64,000 nt of DNA from Psilocybe cubensis (Eukaryota): assembly GCA_017499595.2 (NCBI GenBank), contig CM039002.1:2418001-2482000 (forward strand). Direction: 5' to 3'. The translations under genes were made by a program, and so were the position numbers. The notes under the pieces were generated by a model. It had not been told where the DNA came from, did not search any database, and saw only the letters and a list, made by a program, of their open reading frames with translations. Below, piece by piece: positions 36,417-51,014 of this stretch (within the stretch, counting starts at the first letter, position 1; the number at the start of each line of letters is the position of its first letter).

Positions 36417-36775
36417 AACGGAAAACGGAAAGACCGATAACCGACAGATAACACACTCCACTCTCTTTTCCACTCTTTCGTTCGTTGAAATAATATGCTT
36501 GATACTTAAAGTCTTACTCCAACCATATCTTTTCCCTTGTGAATCTCGGGGAAATGGCACACTATTAAGGTTAGGGTTTGACGTCAAACCGAGTCGAAAC
36601 TCGCATTATTTTTAGTTCATTACTGACGGAGGGCTTGCGGAAGACTGCCAGGAGAATGCACGATCATGGCTACATTTTATCCTTCTCTTGTTCCGTTCGC
36701 ACGTTTTCCCACTTGTTTCTGGGCCTATAAGACCCGCAAGTTTTGTCAGACGCCTTTTGCTCTCTATCAGTGCTT

Positions 36776-39079
36776 ATGGTTGTTGCTACACCCTCCACAC
36801 TCGCATACTACTGCTCCGGTCATGGTGAGTACTGTTTTCTAATTATGAGTAGGATACAAGACCTAGAATGTTTACAGGATATGGCCATGCTACTCGAGTC
36901 TCTGCGTTTACTCGATATCTCCTCAGCGGGAACCCGCTTGAAAGGCCCATCGTATACATTGTATCCTCAGCTCCAGAGCACGTCTTTTCCGACAGTATTG
37001 CGTGCGGCGCAAAATACAGATATGCAGAAATTGATCCAGTCATCGTTCAGCCTTTGGCGTGAGTGGATATTTCAGATCGTCCTGTTAGGTGGCTGACAGT
37101 TTGCAACGTCAGGTATAGAGTCGATCGTAGGCAAAGCGTCGAAGTGCTCAAAAAATTCTTGAGCAAGAAAGACAACCTGTTAGAGCGTGAGCGACAATGG
37201 CTTGTCGAGGTGAACGCTCACGGTGTCTTGAGTGATGCTGCATTTTTGGGATGGTACGCCTACGTCCTCTTTTCAATCAATCAGCATGTTCACCAAGTGA
37301 CGACAGTCTTGCGGGAAGGGCAGCTGGCTTGCCCTCAATTCTTATAACCAATTTCTCATTTGATTCGGTGTACTCTTACCTCTCGACTCCCCTATTAGAC
37401 ATTACCCAAACATCCCAGAGCGGGGTTCCCAGCATCCTCGACATGCTCCCTGATATCCCGATCCCATACGACGAACTCGCTCCCCTCGTAGACCAAATTC
37501 ACGCCGGGTACCGTTGTGCAGACCTTCTAGTCCGCTTGCCAGGGTTCATACCCATTCCCTCGTTCTACATCGAGCCGAGCCTTCCTTCTTCTGACTGGAT
37601 CGACGCCACGTCCAGAAGGATGCACCCGGATATTCTAGAGACACTCAAGTCTTCGCGATCTCGTACTCCCAACCTTCTCCCGTCCCTACCCCAAGCAAAG
37701 AAGACAACGCGCACCGTCATCGACGCGCCGCTCCTTGTTCGTCCCCCGAGTTCCTCCTTATCTGTTTACACACCACAAGGCCGATCTAAACTACTTTCGT
37801 CCATTGGCATTCCCGTCGAGTTGCACGACGTATCGAAGACAAAAATTCTAGTCGTTTCTTTTGGTGGGCAGGTATTCCGACCCCCTCCGAGTAGGACTTC
37901 GAGCAGGGCACACAGCAGAAATGCAAGCAATGAAAACATTGCGAGTTTGGTATCGACTCCCGTCAAGGTAAAGCCGGGAGGCATGGGTAGGTATTATCGG
38001 CACACTACTCCTTCGCCTCGTACTCCTTCGAGTCCTCGAAGCCCGACACCTAAAGCACGCGGTTTTAGTGATCACCCTCTTTCGAGGTTGGCTACACCCA
38101 ATCACATATGGATCCCAGGCGCACCTCCCGCATCGAAACCCGCTGCGCAAAACGCCATAAACACGTTGGAAATTGAGAGCACGCCCACTCTAAACACCAT
38201 TCCCCCAACGCCTGACAATGATTTTGATCCATACACTTCATCGTTCTCCTATATGCGGGATGCTCTTGCTGACAATGACGAGCCAGAACCCACCAGTCCG
38301 GATGACCTTAACAGCAGCGGCAACTCCAGCTCAGACTCATCGTCGCTATCGCTCTCAACTGACTCTGAATCAGATTCGGATACCGATTTGGATCTCCACA
38401 CCGCTGATCATGAGCAAGAGGAACAAGTACAACAGCAGCTTCTCCCTGATCATTCCTGGATTGCAATTGTCTGCGGGGTGTCTAAGGAACAGTGGGGTAC
38501 GGAGAAGGAAGAAGGGCTGCCTGAGGGATTCTATGTTGCACCTAGGGATGTATACATGCCTGATCTCACTGCGGTCGCCGACGTGTTGCTTGGGAAATTG
38601 GTGAGTTTTCTTGATTATAGTGTTTATCTGTCAACTACTTCCTGTGCCCAGCGCTTAAATACGACATGTTTGCTGATCAATTTCGGACAGGGGTACGGAA
38701 CAGTATCAGAGTGTGTTGATGCCTGCACTCCGTTTGTTTATGGTTAGTTCACAAACTTCTTAGCGGCTATATTTTTCTACTCACCACTGATACAAATTCA
38801 GTTTCCCGTCCCCTTTTCATAGAGGAACATGGCCTACGCCTTCTGCTTGACACTGAGGGAGTCGGGGTAGAGCTCTCACGCCAGTCTTATGAGGCAGGTA
38901 ACTGGGCTAAGGCGGTGGCTGAGGCATATGTAAATGGTAAGCCGGCAAAGGACGCGAAGAGGATAATCATGGGTAAGGATGGTGAAGGGGCAGACAGAAA
39001 CATAAGAGATAAAGAGGGAAAGATTCTCGCGGATAGAGTACTTGATTGGGTAAAGGATTGGTGGGAATACTCTGAATGA
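36776..39079 (+). CDS. GT-B glycosyltransferase-like protein resembling the N-terminal domain of plant L-arabinokinase
   Basis: Spliced motifs: YYCSGHGYGHATRV, VLSDAAFLG, ILITNFSFDSVY, ILVVSFGGQ and YMPDLTAVADVLLGKLGYGTVSECV..TPFVYVSRPLFIEE. Stop at 39077-39079. Confidence 0.82.
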
Positions 39080-39665
39080 GAGACTCGGGAAGGGATACCA
39101 AGCTCGATAGAGGAGGTGAAATGTAGGTACGATTAGATAACGTAATGTTTGTAGACCATGGGTGATTGTAAATTTGCAGATTTCACTGTGACTAGGACAT
39201 TATAGATTGTTAGTATTCTTTCTTTTAATTTCTTTTTGGTGATGTGTTTTCTGCTGGTCTGCAACCACATTGTCACTTGTTTTTTCTGAACATGAAATCT
39301 GAGCTAGAAATTATTTTTGAAATAATGTCATTTCCCTCAATCAGGACAATGCTATATGTCTGCACCTCCTGAATGTGTCGCGTTCGACGCGTGTAATTCA
39401 CGTGTCTCGAGATTCCGATCACGCATTCGAACCGAAATGTGAAGGAGCCGAAAGCCTAGCTTTTTGGTTTACTTTAGAATCGCCTTAAAGCCTGAAGGAT
39501 CGTATAGCTTGCGACGGTGGACGTCCAAGCCGAAATATTTTGCTTTCAAAGAGATTTCGGATCGCAAAAGCAAGTTATCTTATCCGACTAGTCCGACGAC
39601 CCGATCCTTGCAACCCGTTCTTTGTCTCTACTTCCACCATTCTTCCGTTCAATAGAAGATTTCTA

Positions 39666-42600
39666 ATGTCCCACCTCACCAAGGCTCTCTCGGACAATCC
39701 ACCAAATCGTCCTGCATCTCAACCCCCGCTATTGCCTGCATTCTCGACGTCTGCACGAACATCACTCTTATCCAACACCCGACCATCGTCGATACCACCA
39801 GGAAGAGTCCATGGTCAAAAGTCGGAGGACAGCTTAATGGAGGCCACGTCGTTGGACCTGACGGATTTGCTCCAGCGCTCGGAGCCTTCGGTGGTGAAGA
39901 CGAGATCAGGAAGCGTGTTGTCGAGGGGGTTCATCTTGAAAACGGACCATTATCCGTCAGGTCAGTGTTCATATCTCTACGTATATCTCATGGGGCCGAC
40001 GTCTTCCAAGGCCGAGCTCTGGATCTGGATCTCAATGTTCATGGCGCACCGAACTTCAGAGCACCTCGACATGGCGATCTCAACGTGTTTGGTGCTGCTC
40101 AGCCTCGCACACAAGGCCTCAGGGCCATTCTTTCTATTCTGAGATGTAGACCTAACACTCCCAATCCTGCACATGTTGTTTGGTTTTCCACTCGTGAAGA
40201 GCCGATAAGTAAGCCTACTCGAATAGCATGTTGCCGGAACCGAGCTAACCTCTCTAGTTTACATATCGGGACGACCTTTTGTACTCAGAGACGCATCCGA
40301 ACCACGACGCACACTTGCCCTTTCCGACAGAGCCGAGAACCTGGAGGCGATAGAGAACAGACTGAAGAATGATATCCTTGCTGAGGCCATGAGGTGCGTC
40401 AATGAAGCTTGCCGCGTGATCAAGAGTTGAATGAACGATAGATATGGCGGCGTTGTACTCACACACAATGAAGTCGCCGCAGATAGTGGGGAGGGTGCCA
40501 TTCTACCGACATGGACTGCAGTTGACAGCGGGAATGTAAAAACGTGTCGGGAACTTTGGGGGACGATGAAAGACGCTGGCTGGAATGTTGATGTAAGTCG
40601 TATTTTTATCTCCTTGATGTGATTGACTGACGGCCTCCAAGTATTATCGGTAAATTATTGTCTGAATAGCTTGTATGAGTTGTACTAATAAGCTACTTAG
40701 AATTCCCATTTCTCCCGATCGACCAATCGAGGTAAGCGGGTATTTTTTACTAGGCATATTGCACTCTAACAGACCGTCAGGATAACTATCTGGACGCGTA
40801 TTTACGCGTTATTCGCGACACAGACCCGACCAAGACTGCCTTGATGTTCTCTTGTGGCATGGGTGCTGTCCGTACAACTTTTGCCATGGTGGCTGCGTCT
40901 CTTGTTAGGCGGAAACAGATTATGAACGAAGGCGGGCCCGATCCCTATGCTATTAAGCCAACGGGGAGCAGCACGAAACCTCTTTCTTCGAGTCCCGGAC
41001 CCTCTACGGTGAGTCGGCGTCGTTTATGTGCACGGTGTCAACGAGATTGATTTCCTACAGCCAACAAATTCAGTAAGTGGAACGTAATTATTCACGATGT
41101 CACCGTTCAAGGGCTCCCTGAACAGCAAACGGAAAGCCGGATCCTACAATCTCTCGAACAAGCCAATGCACAGCAAGAGTTGAACAAGTCCCTTCTTCGT
41201 CTGACCTATCTACTCCAGAAATGTAAGATCCGTTGCTAATCATATCTTGATTCCCCATGAACCGTTATCTACAGGTCTGAAGGATAACAACACTCAATCA
41301 GCAATCGAGCTTCTGATGACCCAGCCCACCTTGTTGGAGAACCTGCGTAAAGCTTACATGGGTAACTATGGTGTCATTCTCAGTCTGCTTGGCTGCTTGG
41401 ATAATGGATTGCAGGCGAAGCGTCTGGTGGATCGGGTTATTGATACAGGTGTGTACCTTACCCTGTTGCAGGGAAATATTTATTATGGATCCCTGATGTG
41501 TGGGGAAACAAACAAACAGCTGACCAGGTCACAAATCTGCGCGAGGATATATTAACATATAGGCTGAGATATTCGCTGACGAGTTTGGATGAGGCCCAAG
41601 GGGAGGACTTTTTGGATAAGGGAATGAGAGCTTTGGAGAAATAGTACGTAGCGGGGATAGGTCCCAACGATGGTATACTGATATCTGCCCAGCTTCTTCA
41701 TGATTGCTTTTGCTAGTTTCGTAGAGACCTCAGATGCACACTTCAGCCAGAGTTTCTCTGACTGGCTCACGGCAAGGACAGAAATTTGGACGTAAGTTGT
41801 ATGTTTCTTTCCTGACAATGACACGGCTCACGCGCAGTTTTTTGTAAATAGACAAATTAAATTCCTTCGCAAACAATACGGATCCAGACTAAACGTCTTC
41901 GCACCCGTGAACGATTTGTCTTCTTTGTCCAAGTCCAGTTCGACGACGAGATCGCTTTTGCCAGGCAAGAAGAATGATGTCGCTATCTCTGGAGGCCAGA
42001 TTCTGGGAGACGAATATTCTGACCATGTAGTCAAGGTGAGCCCTCAAGATTCCTGCTCTCACTTCTTCACAGAATGGTTTACACCGGGAACCCCAGAACC
42101 GAAGTGGTATCATTCTCCGCGAAAGCACCCTTCTCAAATCTGACCAATGGATCGGCGAATCACACCACGTTGAACATGGTGTGCGCGGTGCTATCAATTT
42201 CCGCCAGGTCCCCGACACGGATATATACGCGCTGGGCCAGCCTACTATTGCGGCTATTGATGAAGTCGTTGAGCGGGTGCAAACCTCACACCCGGGAGCG
42301 CAGAAGATCATCTGGATCACGCTGAGGGAGGAGCCAATTGTGTACATCAATGGCGCACCGTATTGCCTGAGGAGAGAAAACTATTCACTGAGGAATATGA
42401 AAGGTTATATTGGACTCGCATCTTGAGATGGCCTTCTGATGTTACTTTTGCTGTAGACTATGGCGGGATCTCCGCGTCGAGGTTGGAAATTCTTGAGGAG
42501 AGGCTGAAGGATGATGTCATTGCGGAGTTGAATTCATTTGGTGGACGGTAAGTACACTTGCTATATATCCAGCCAGCATTCACCCATGGTAACTGTTAAA

Positions 42601-45502
42601 CCGGACATAACGAATAGACTACTGCTACATACAGAGACTAGTGATGGAACGGTGGTTCCAATTTGGGAAGAAGTGCAACCAGAAAATGTTGTAGTATTGA
42701 AGGATGTTATGGCTTCCCGGCGCGACGGGAAGCATATATCTCTACAGTACAATCGTATTCCTATCACAGCAGAGAAACCGCCCGATTTCTCTGATCTCAA
42801 GGACCTCATTGATGTCATGGTCCGGGCGTCTCCCAACACCCCCATTGTAGTAAATTGCCAACTTGGACGAGGAAGAAGCACTCTTGCTTCGGTGAGTGAG
42901 GGATTGCACCTACCAATTCCCCTCAGTCTGACTGCACTTCATCGGGTTAGATTATTTTGCTACTTATTCGGGAGTGGCTCCAAGTGCACCGCCCCATGAC
43001 ACCGATGTCGCCTCGACTTGCCAAACGCTCACTGTCCATGTCTATGACTCTGATGGAACCTGTCAAAGCACCAAACAGGCGCTCATATCAGGTCATAAAT
43101 AGTGCGTACCTCTCCCTGCAACCCTTATACACGTATTCTCATACACCTTTCTTAGACTTGCTGAGAGTAATCCGCAAGGGCCCTGCAGTAAAAAGTGCAG
43201 TTGACGATGCCATCGACCGATGCTCTGCTGTCTATAATCTGCGAGACGCCATCGAAACTGCGAGGATTCGTGCAGAGGAAGCGACGGATGACAAGCAAAG
43301 ACGTGTCCATACATCGAAAGGTTTGTTTCCAAGCAAAGAATGTAGGCATATCCATGCTGATATGGATGCTCTGCGATTGAAGGCTTGCATAATTTGCGCC
43401 GATATTTTGAGCTGATTGTATTCCAGTCGTACCTTCAGTCTATCGAGCCTGATACTATGCAATCCTTCGAGAACGTGGAGACATTTGTAAAGAACAGACC
43501 TGGTATTTATTTTGTTTATTTCTCTGCCGTTATCTGATGTTTTTTTTTTTTTATTTCTCGCCAGTCATCAAAACTTTTGAAAAGGAAATGTTGGAGGAGG
43601 GAATAAATGCGTTGAAGCCCTTAGAGAGGGCCGATACTAAGGCTGGGGTGGCGGACCCAGACGAGGTAACCAATGTAGTCGTCAACAGATCTGGGAGCAT
43701 TCTATCTGCATCTACAATTATCAAGTCCGACTTCTTCTCGAATCTGCAAAAAATGACACTCCCCGAGTATGTGTCTAAATTTTATCATTTTCCATCCATT
43801 TCAACCAATTTTAAATCAGACGTATCGATGGTGCACCCAATTTCCGCCGAGTCCCAATGTCGTTAAGGCCAACATCCTCGGCATCCTCAGGTTCATCATC
43901 CCCGTTGGAAGGCACCGAGTTCATCATTGAAGAAGGTGGTAAGATGGTATGCGGGAGGTTAGTGTTCTTAAACCAGTACTCTTTGATTATTTTGAACTTA
44001 TTTGAAATTCAAGTGGCATGCCCACTGTCGGAGGGTAAGTCTATTGTTGACTGTGGTTACTTATTCGCCGATTACGGTTTTTTACAACGTACTGCAGATT
44101 GAAACGAGCGCTTGAGAGAGTGGACGCGGGGCCCGGAGGGTCAAATATGGTTTATTGGACGTCATTACGAGAGGTAAATCTTTCATTTACCAGGGTTGTT
44201 GGTATGATCCGTCAAATGGAGTCGCTAAAACTGATCACTGTAGGAGCCCGTCATCTACGTGGCGGGTCGTCCTCACGTTCTACGGCTAGTTAACCGACCT
44301 TTGGAAAATGTCGAGTAAGTTCTCTCCGCCAGCCACGGGGTGCGATTGCTTATCATTTACAGGGCCACAGGGGTGACCACGGCCATGGTGGAAAGCATGG
44401 AGCAAAGCTTTAAGAAAGACGTTCTCCGAGAGCTTCGCAAAGGGGATGGTCGTATTTTGCTTCATGATGAGGTTGAAGAGAGACCTGGAGTATTTTCCAT
44501 CATTCCAATCTGGGAGGTTGTATCTGAAGACGAGATCATGACGCCAAGGGATGTTTTCAATCTAGTAATCCAGAACGGCTATCGTGTACGTGGTCCACTG
44601 AGTATGCTTTTAGTTATTTTAATTGCTATGCGTGATAGATTGACTACGGGCGGGTTGCGATTGTAAGTCTCTCCATTTAATACATGTCCTAAGTGTGCTA
44701 CATCTATTCTATTTTTAGACCGATGAGCAGGCGCCACTACCTGACGCATTGGCTCAGCTGTTGAATCGAGTGCGGTCTGGCATGTCCCAAGCCGGTGATT
44801 TTGTTTTCAACTGCCAGATGGGAAGGGGCAGAACAACAACGGGCATGATCACCGCTTGTCTCATCTCATCAACTATGCAGTGGCAAAATTATATGAATGA
44901 GGTCACTGCCGAGGATGAAATGTCTCCAAACCTGTACGATACTATGGATGGACCATCAGAGGAGGAAGTGTATCTTGCAGGTGTGTTTAATCCTAGTTCC
45001 ACCAAATTGATATTGAATTGACATGCTACGTTTTTGCAGGAGAATATAAGACAATTTTACAACTCGTCGGTGTACTTTCACACGGAAAAATTGCGAAGCG
45101 TTTGACAGACCGAGCAATCGACCTGATGCAAGATGTTCAGAATTTGCGAAAGGCGATATATGAGTAAGTCCTGGCATTAGCCCAAGTTTAAGAGAATGTT
45201 AGACTAACGTTTTGATATTTTCAGTTATAAGCTAAAGGTTGATGCCTGTGAAAAGGGTAGTATCAAGGAGCAAAAGTTGAGGAATATCACTGTGAACTAC
45301 TTGTAAGTTGGTTGATAACTCGATTTCTTCTCTTGATTTCTCACGATGGTGATCAAGGTACCGTTACGGCACCTTGATCGTCTTTGCCAATTACCTCATC
45401 GAAATGAGGGAACCAAGAAACGGTCCAGAGACCACGTTCCCCGAATGGCTTCACGAACACCGAGAAATTACAAAGTTGCTTGGTAGGAGGTCGTTGGATT
45501 GA
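39666..45502 (+). CDS. Paladin-like protein (PTP-like / inositol-hexakisphosphate phosphatase domain repeats), more than 20 exons
   Basis: Three repeated modules, each with R.G..L....LK.D, GA(P/I)NFR, REEP..Y and YxR(I/V)(P/A)I. CX5R motifs: CGMGAVRTT, CQLGRGRST and CQMGRGRTT. The protein ends GRRSLD. Confidence 0.9.
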
Positions 45503-45808
45503 TTTTAGTCCAGTTACACGCTCGTTATGATATCACATGTACTAATCTTAATACCTTTTTTGTCACCTTGGCAAACTATCTCTGTTCATTATTAATAGAG
45601 TGATGATGTCGTCTTCAGTCTCTGCACAGCCATCAACGAAATCCGTCAAAGCTAAAAGTGATATAAATGATTGAAAAGAAAATTCTACAGAGCAAGTAAG
45701 TATCGTATATTCTACTGTTTTCTATAAAATGTTGGAATTATTTCTTCTATCCCTTGATTTTCAAGGTGGTGGTGTGATTCTATCTGTGCAGGATATATGG
45801 TAGTAATC

Positions 45809-46532
45809 CTAATCAATGTTACGCCCGGACTGTAGCAGCACGGTTGCTACAATGCATGATTCTAGCAAGCCAGCTGTTACAGCCTCTGTAGACAACTTCA
45901 ACGTTACAAGGTTTCTGATTCTGGAAATTGTTGCCAATGGATCCCTGAATGCCGGTTCATTTGCAAATAGCTGGAAAATGCTGCCTCAGCCATATCATTG
46001 CCAAAAAAGCGCTGCTTGAACTTACTGCGATTTGGTTATCCTTAGGCACCCAAGTAAAAGGTTTGTCTCTGGATACCATCATACGCGACCTGTTGAAACT
46101 GTTGGACTACAGGCCTCCGATGTCTTTATACGACGTAGCTTACCTCCTATCAATAGACAATGTTAGCCATTGGCTAATAGGCTGTTTATTGACGATTCCA
46201 GGTATCGATACCATTGGCCTTGTTGTCCATTCTATGTGCGCCAGCACAGTTCCATCCCGCTTGCGAAAGAAAGTACAAGGCGCGGAGTTGTAATCGCTGG
46301 TAATCTCTATGTATGGTGTCCCAGTTGGCCCGCATATTGAGCAATTTAAGATATCGGGATTATTTAAACCCATGTTAAACGTTAAAAGGCGTCCCTCCGA
46401 CGAAGAATCGACCGCAGGTAATGCACCGAACACTGAAGGGACATAGGCTGCGTTCAATGTTCTTGAATTAATTGACATTGGGTTCTCTGGATTGTACCAT
46501 CCGGCTTGAGCATATGGATTGCTGCTGTACAT
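45809..46532 (-). CDS. DUF6593-like small protein, paralog A (3 exons)
   Basis: Reads MYSSNPYAQAGWYNPENPMSIN..PSVFGALP..DILNCSI.GP.G, and ends VATVLLQSGRNID. Clear homology to the gene at 61968-62697. Confidence 0.8.
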
Positions 46533-49500
46533 GGTGATTGCGTGTGATGAGAGAGAGGGGGGGATAGAGCTTTTCTGCTGTCGATTTTGGAGAAAATGCA
46601 GTTCCTTTATATTGAGAATTATCATCCTCGACAAAACATTGAAACTGCAAGATCTCACTCAACATCTTGCACAATACTTGCTTGGGTAATCTATTTTACG
46701 ATGTAATTAGTGTGGTCATCAGGGTGGATATGCTGATACATTTCACAAGGAACACAAGCTATGAAGGTGTTGTCTGCGGAGGACACGAAGGGAGATGGTA
46801 CCTCAAAAATGAGTTCAGAAGCTTCAGCTCAGAATGAAGTCAAAACGACCTGAATTGCAGAGATCAAATCGGAAGTAATTCTGTGTCCGATGCGGATCCG
46901 ATACGTGCGTCATACGGTTCGCCCTTAGATGCAGTCTCGGGTAAAGCTTCACTGTGACCGAGCTTTTGAAGAAAGTTCTTTGCCTTTGTAGTAATTACGT
47001 AGGCTGAATGCTGATAACAGGTAACCCCTGATACGATTTCAAACATGCTGATTTTACAATTTCAAGACTGTAGTAATAACAAATGTAGCACTTGCATAAA
47101 TCCACGAGAGTGGAAATATTATAATATCGAGACGCTTTCAGATACTTAGTAATTTGTAGTTCATATTCAGGTTGAATCCGACTTGTTAATAAGCGGCGGC
47201 AATGAACGCACAGCAAATCTCGGGTTTAACGAAGAGTAAACCTCAGAGATGTCTTTGCTCTACTTCGATGAGATGAGTTGGAAATATTATTATCAAAGGA
47301 CTGTGCAATATGCATTTTTGTCATGCATAGTACGTCAAAACACAGAGGAGGGACAAAAATTCGCAGTACTCGTGAGGATGCCAATTTTTCAGCCTATCTT
47401 TGTCCGCCTATCTCAACTCTTTCTCTCAGACCCCGGCAAGATTTTCTTCAACGAATAATAGCAAAGAGAAGTATGCCGTGAATCGAAAATCCTATCTTCC
47501 TGATGAGCCAATTGGCATTGGAGGCCGAGTTCCCCATGCGAGCGCGGGGTTCTGGCAAGCGCTGGCAATGCCGGCGTTTCACCCACGGTGTTGATATTTG
47601 ATTCAGTTTGCAACAGCCTTTGTAACCAAGCAGACGCAAATATACTTGTACACTGCTTTAGGGAAGAGGACCCACAGTTACCGGTATTGAGACATCCGGA
47701 ATATCCCGCTGCCGATAAGCAAGTACCCCACAGTAACATCCAGAAAGATGTGCATTATCACGATGGCGGTTGATTGTAAACATGTTTTAACTGCTTTGGA
47801 TTCAGCCACCTCACACTGAGACAGAAGATATATGTTCGAAATGGAAGCCTAAGTATGACCAATGATTTATAAATCAACCAAGCAGAATAACCTCGCAATG
47901 AAGGGTAGGTAGTCACAATGCGAATATCTTGGAGTACCATATGAATTAGGTAAATTCTTGAAAGGTTCAGTCATATTCTATTTCATTGACGCCGTAGTAC
48001 TACGTGGCAACAGCATACAGAGAGATACGTAATCTGAGTGTTAAAAAGTATCAAATGATGACCTGTCAACGTTGGAAAGGGGAATCAACAGGCCATGTGG
48101 ATGCCATGCTGAATTCATATCGAGACGGATCAATTAGATTCCATTATCGTGAATTTCATTTTTATTGCATTCTCGTAAACAATTATATACTTCCAAGTAT
48201 GCGCGCACTCCGTTTTGCGCTGGCGATAATTTTCAGAGGAGACTTGAGTAATTTTGATTAGTTCTTCCAAGTAGCGCTAAGATATGATCTGGTGCTTGGA
48301 ACACCGTAGAACTTGATCCCAAGATACGTCTGGTGGGTTCTCAATGATGTAACTGCCTCATATATACTCTATATTATTTGTCAATTATAGTTGGGTCCCC
48401 CCCATTAAGACCAATCGAGACAGAGCAAAGCTCTCCGAGGAAAATACACACTTTCTCGGTCACGTGACTACACGTTGATGCGAACCTTGCTTTCATTGCC
48501 TTGGATTTAAAGGGCTTGGAATGAGTTGCCTATGCTTACTCTATGCTTTCGATTGTTTTGACTATGAATTCTCCGATAACAAGCTTTACGCTAACTTTCT
48601 CGGCATCGGCACCAGATCCCCTGGACCGCGGATCATGGAATGGAAGTTGGGGACATGAACGTTGTCCAGGCGCGATCAAATATTTTCTGTCATCTGGGCA
48701 GTTAACACTGTCTGCATGCCGATTATACAGCTTGCAGTCATGTAAGGGTATAAAGACTGCACATTTGGGCGCTACATCAGCGCTGATAACGTTATTTATA
48801 AGCAGAGCACCACCCGTAAAAATATATCGTGGAACTAAGTAATCCTTTGGCGCTCTTTAGGCTGTTCACTGCAGTGATATTCAGCAATGTTTGCGGTGAA
48901 ACAAAGTTACAAAATATCCTGAAGATGGGTGCTGTACCACACGTTGGCTCCTGCGTTGAGATGTAGAGTCATTGATGAGAATTTCTGTGTAATATGTTAT
49001 GTTGCACTGAGTTGCTCTAAGTACAGGGGTGGCAAAACAATGAAGAATTAGCGAGATGCGCTTAAATTTAAAGACGGCATTAGAGTCAAGCCGACGGTAT
49101 AAGTAGGCCGCAAATCCTGATCGCATTGGCGTACTACTTATGGCTTCCCTGAATTGATCAGGTAAGTAACAGATATGAGAAGGGCTTGAAATGTTCAACG
49201 TTTTGGATTCATGAATCCACTCAATCTGGCTCAATATGAAAGTGGAATCCCGAGTAAAATTTTGAAAAAGCAAGAGATCCTGAAGCTGATCATCCCGACG
49301 AGGTGGGACTCCATACTAAGAATGAGACTTTTTTGTTGGTTCAACTAATCGTTGGTTGTCCCTGTAGACGATGTAAGTTGCCTAGACATACGCATTCCAG
49401 ATAGTGGTGTTAAAATGCACGTCACACCACCAATTACCAGCGCTGAAAACCAATGTAGAATTTACCTTAGTGGTTTGAGTGGAACCGGCTCATTGATTCT

Positions 49501-51014
49501 CTTCTGCCAAAGATATTTTTATCTATTTATGTTATTGTCTCTGAGGGGAGTGGCCCTCTCATGGCATGATACTAGCTAGAATACCTAAGCGCTCCAAGTC
49601 CCTCCTCAAGACCCAACCTTCTTTTGGTTGCTGGACTCACCACCTCCAGCGCCTACTTTTCTGCGCCTTTTCCCCCCTTCGCACTTTTCTACACGTTAAT
49701 GTGCTCTTGTGTCCCCTCTACGGACTACTGTGCCTTTTCCCTGTTCTTCTTTCTTTTACTCTTGCTCCCTGTCAAAGGTTATCATGTAGGAAATGGACAG
49801 CGACTTTTATAATGATAGTTGCATCAGAGAGGGGGATATCGATGTAATCGTTTGTATCTGTCTCTAGACATAAATGATTCAACAAGTCTGTTTTGAAATT
49901 ATTCTAGCAGTGCCCCCGTGCTTGCCACGGAAAGTTCGGCGGCAATTCATCATGCTATTCCCTAGTGTTTTTGCACGGAAAGACGGGAGGTAATTTATCG
50001 TGTTATTTCCCCAGTGTTACCATATTTTCAGGCCCGATTACAGTGCTTTTAAGCCTCGATTACAACGTTTTCAGGCATATTGCTTCTACCTGTTCGGTAT
50101 GATTCTCCTACACAGCGATTCTAAGCCTTTACAAATTTATACTGTTTCCTTAGAGAAGCTCCCGGAGAGGTTCGAGAAATCTCCTTTAGCACATTGGTGG
50201 CTTAAAACGTCACATCGAAGGCCTTGGCACGGAGTTGATGTACAAGACACCTTTTAAAACGACAGATCCATGCCCATGAGGGGCGTCGGGCGTGTACATG
50301 GCCCTACGATATGTAGGCAACCATTAGTACGATGCCAAGATCTCGCCGCTTCTTCTGGATACCAGTGGCCAAATTAGTGGTTTCTTAGTCGTGAGATTCG
50401 AATTCATTATATTGCAAGTTTCAGTCAGTCTAAATGAAAACCGTGTTATACTTCTGCTGTCAAGGAAGCTCTGGGTTGGGAAGTAATATGGAAGAAAAGA
50501 TAGATGATAAGAAACGATTAGAAAGAATGATATCAGAGAAAGGAGGCTCTGAATGATGTAATGGAGAATAGGAGTTGAGAGAAAGAATGAACAAGGCAGA
50601 ACGATAACGAGTACGTAGCTGAGCCATCTCTGGGAAATTCAATTCCCAGCAAAAGAACTGCCATCGCGGGCACATGAGGGCCGATGTGCTATTTTGATAA
50701 CCTCTCAGGCTAACGTATACTGGATCGGAAAGATTTGTAATTATTATGTCCTGACAGAGATATAACATGTGAGCGATTGCGGTCACCCAAGTGAAGTTCC
50801 TTCCTGGTTGTTAGAATTCTCTAAAACAATCCTCTTCCAAGTAATCCTCAAGTTCGACCGAGGTCGACCTGAAATTGGAGTCTTCGCCTTTGGCTTGGCA
50901 AAACACGTGCACTGATTGAAAATGACACCACCAAAAAAGGAAATAACCGTACAATTGACTCCTCTTCTCAGTGTGCGTCTTTCAGCGGCTTCGACTTGCT
51001 CTCGTTTTGTAACC

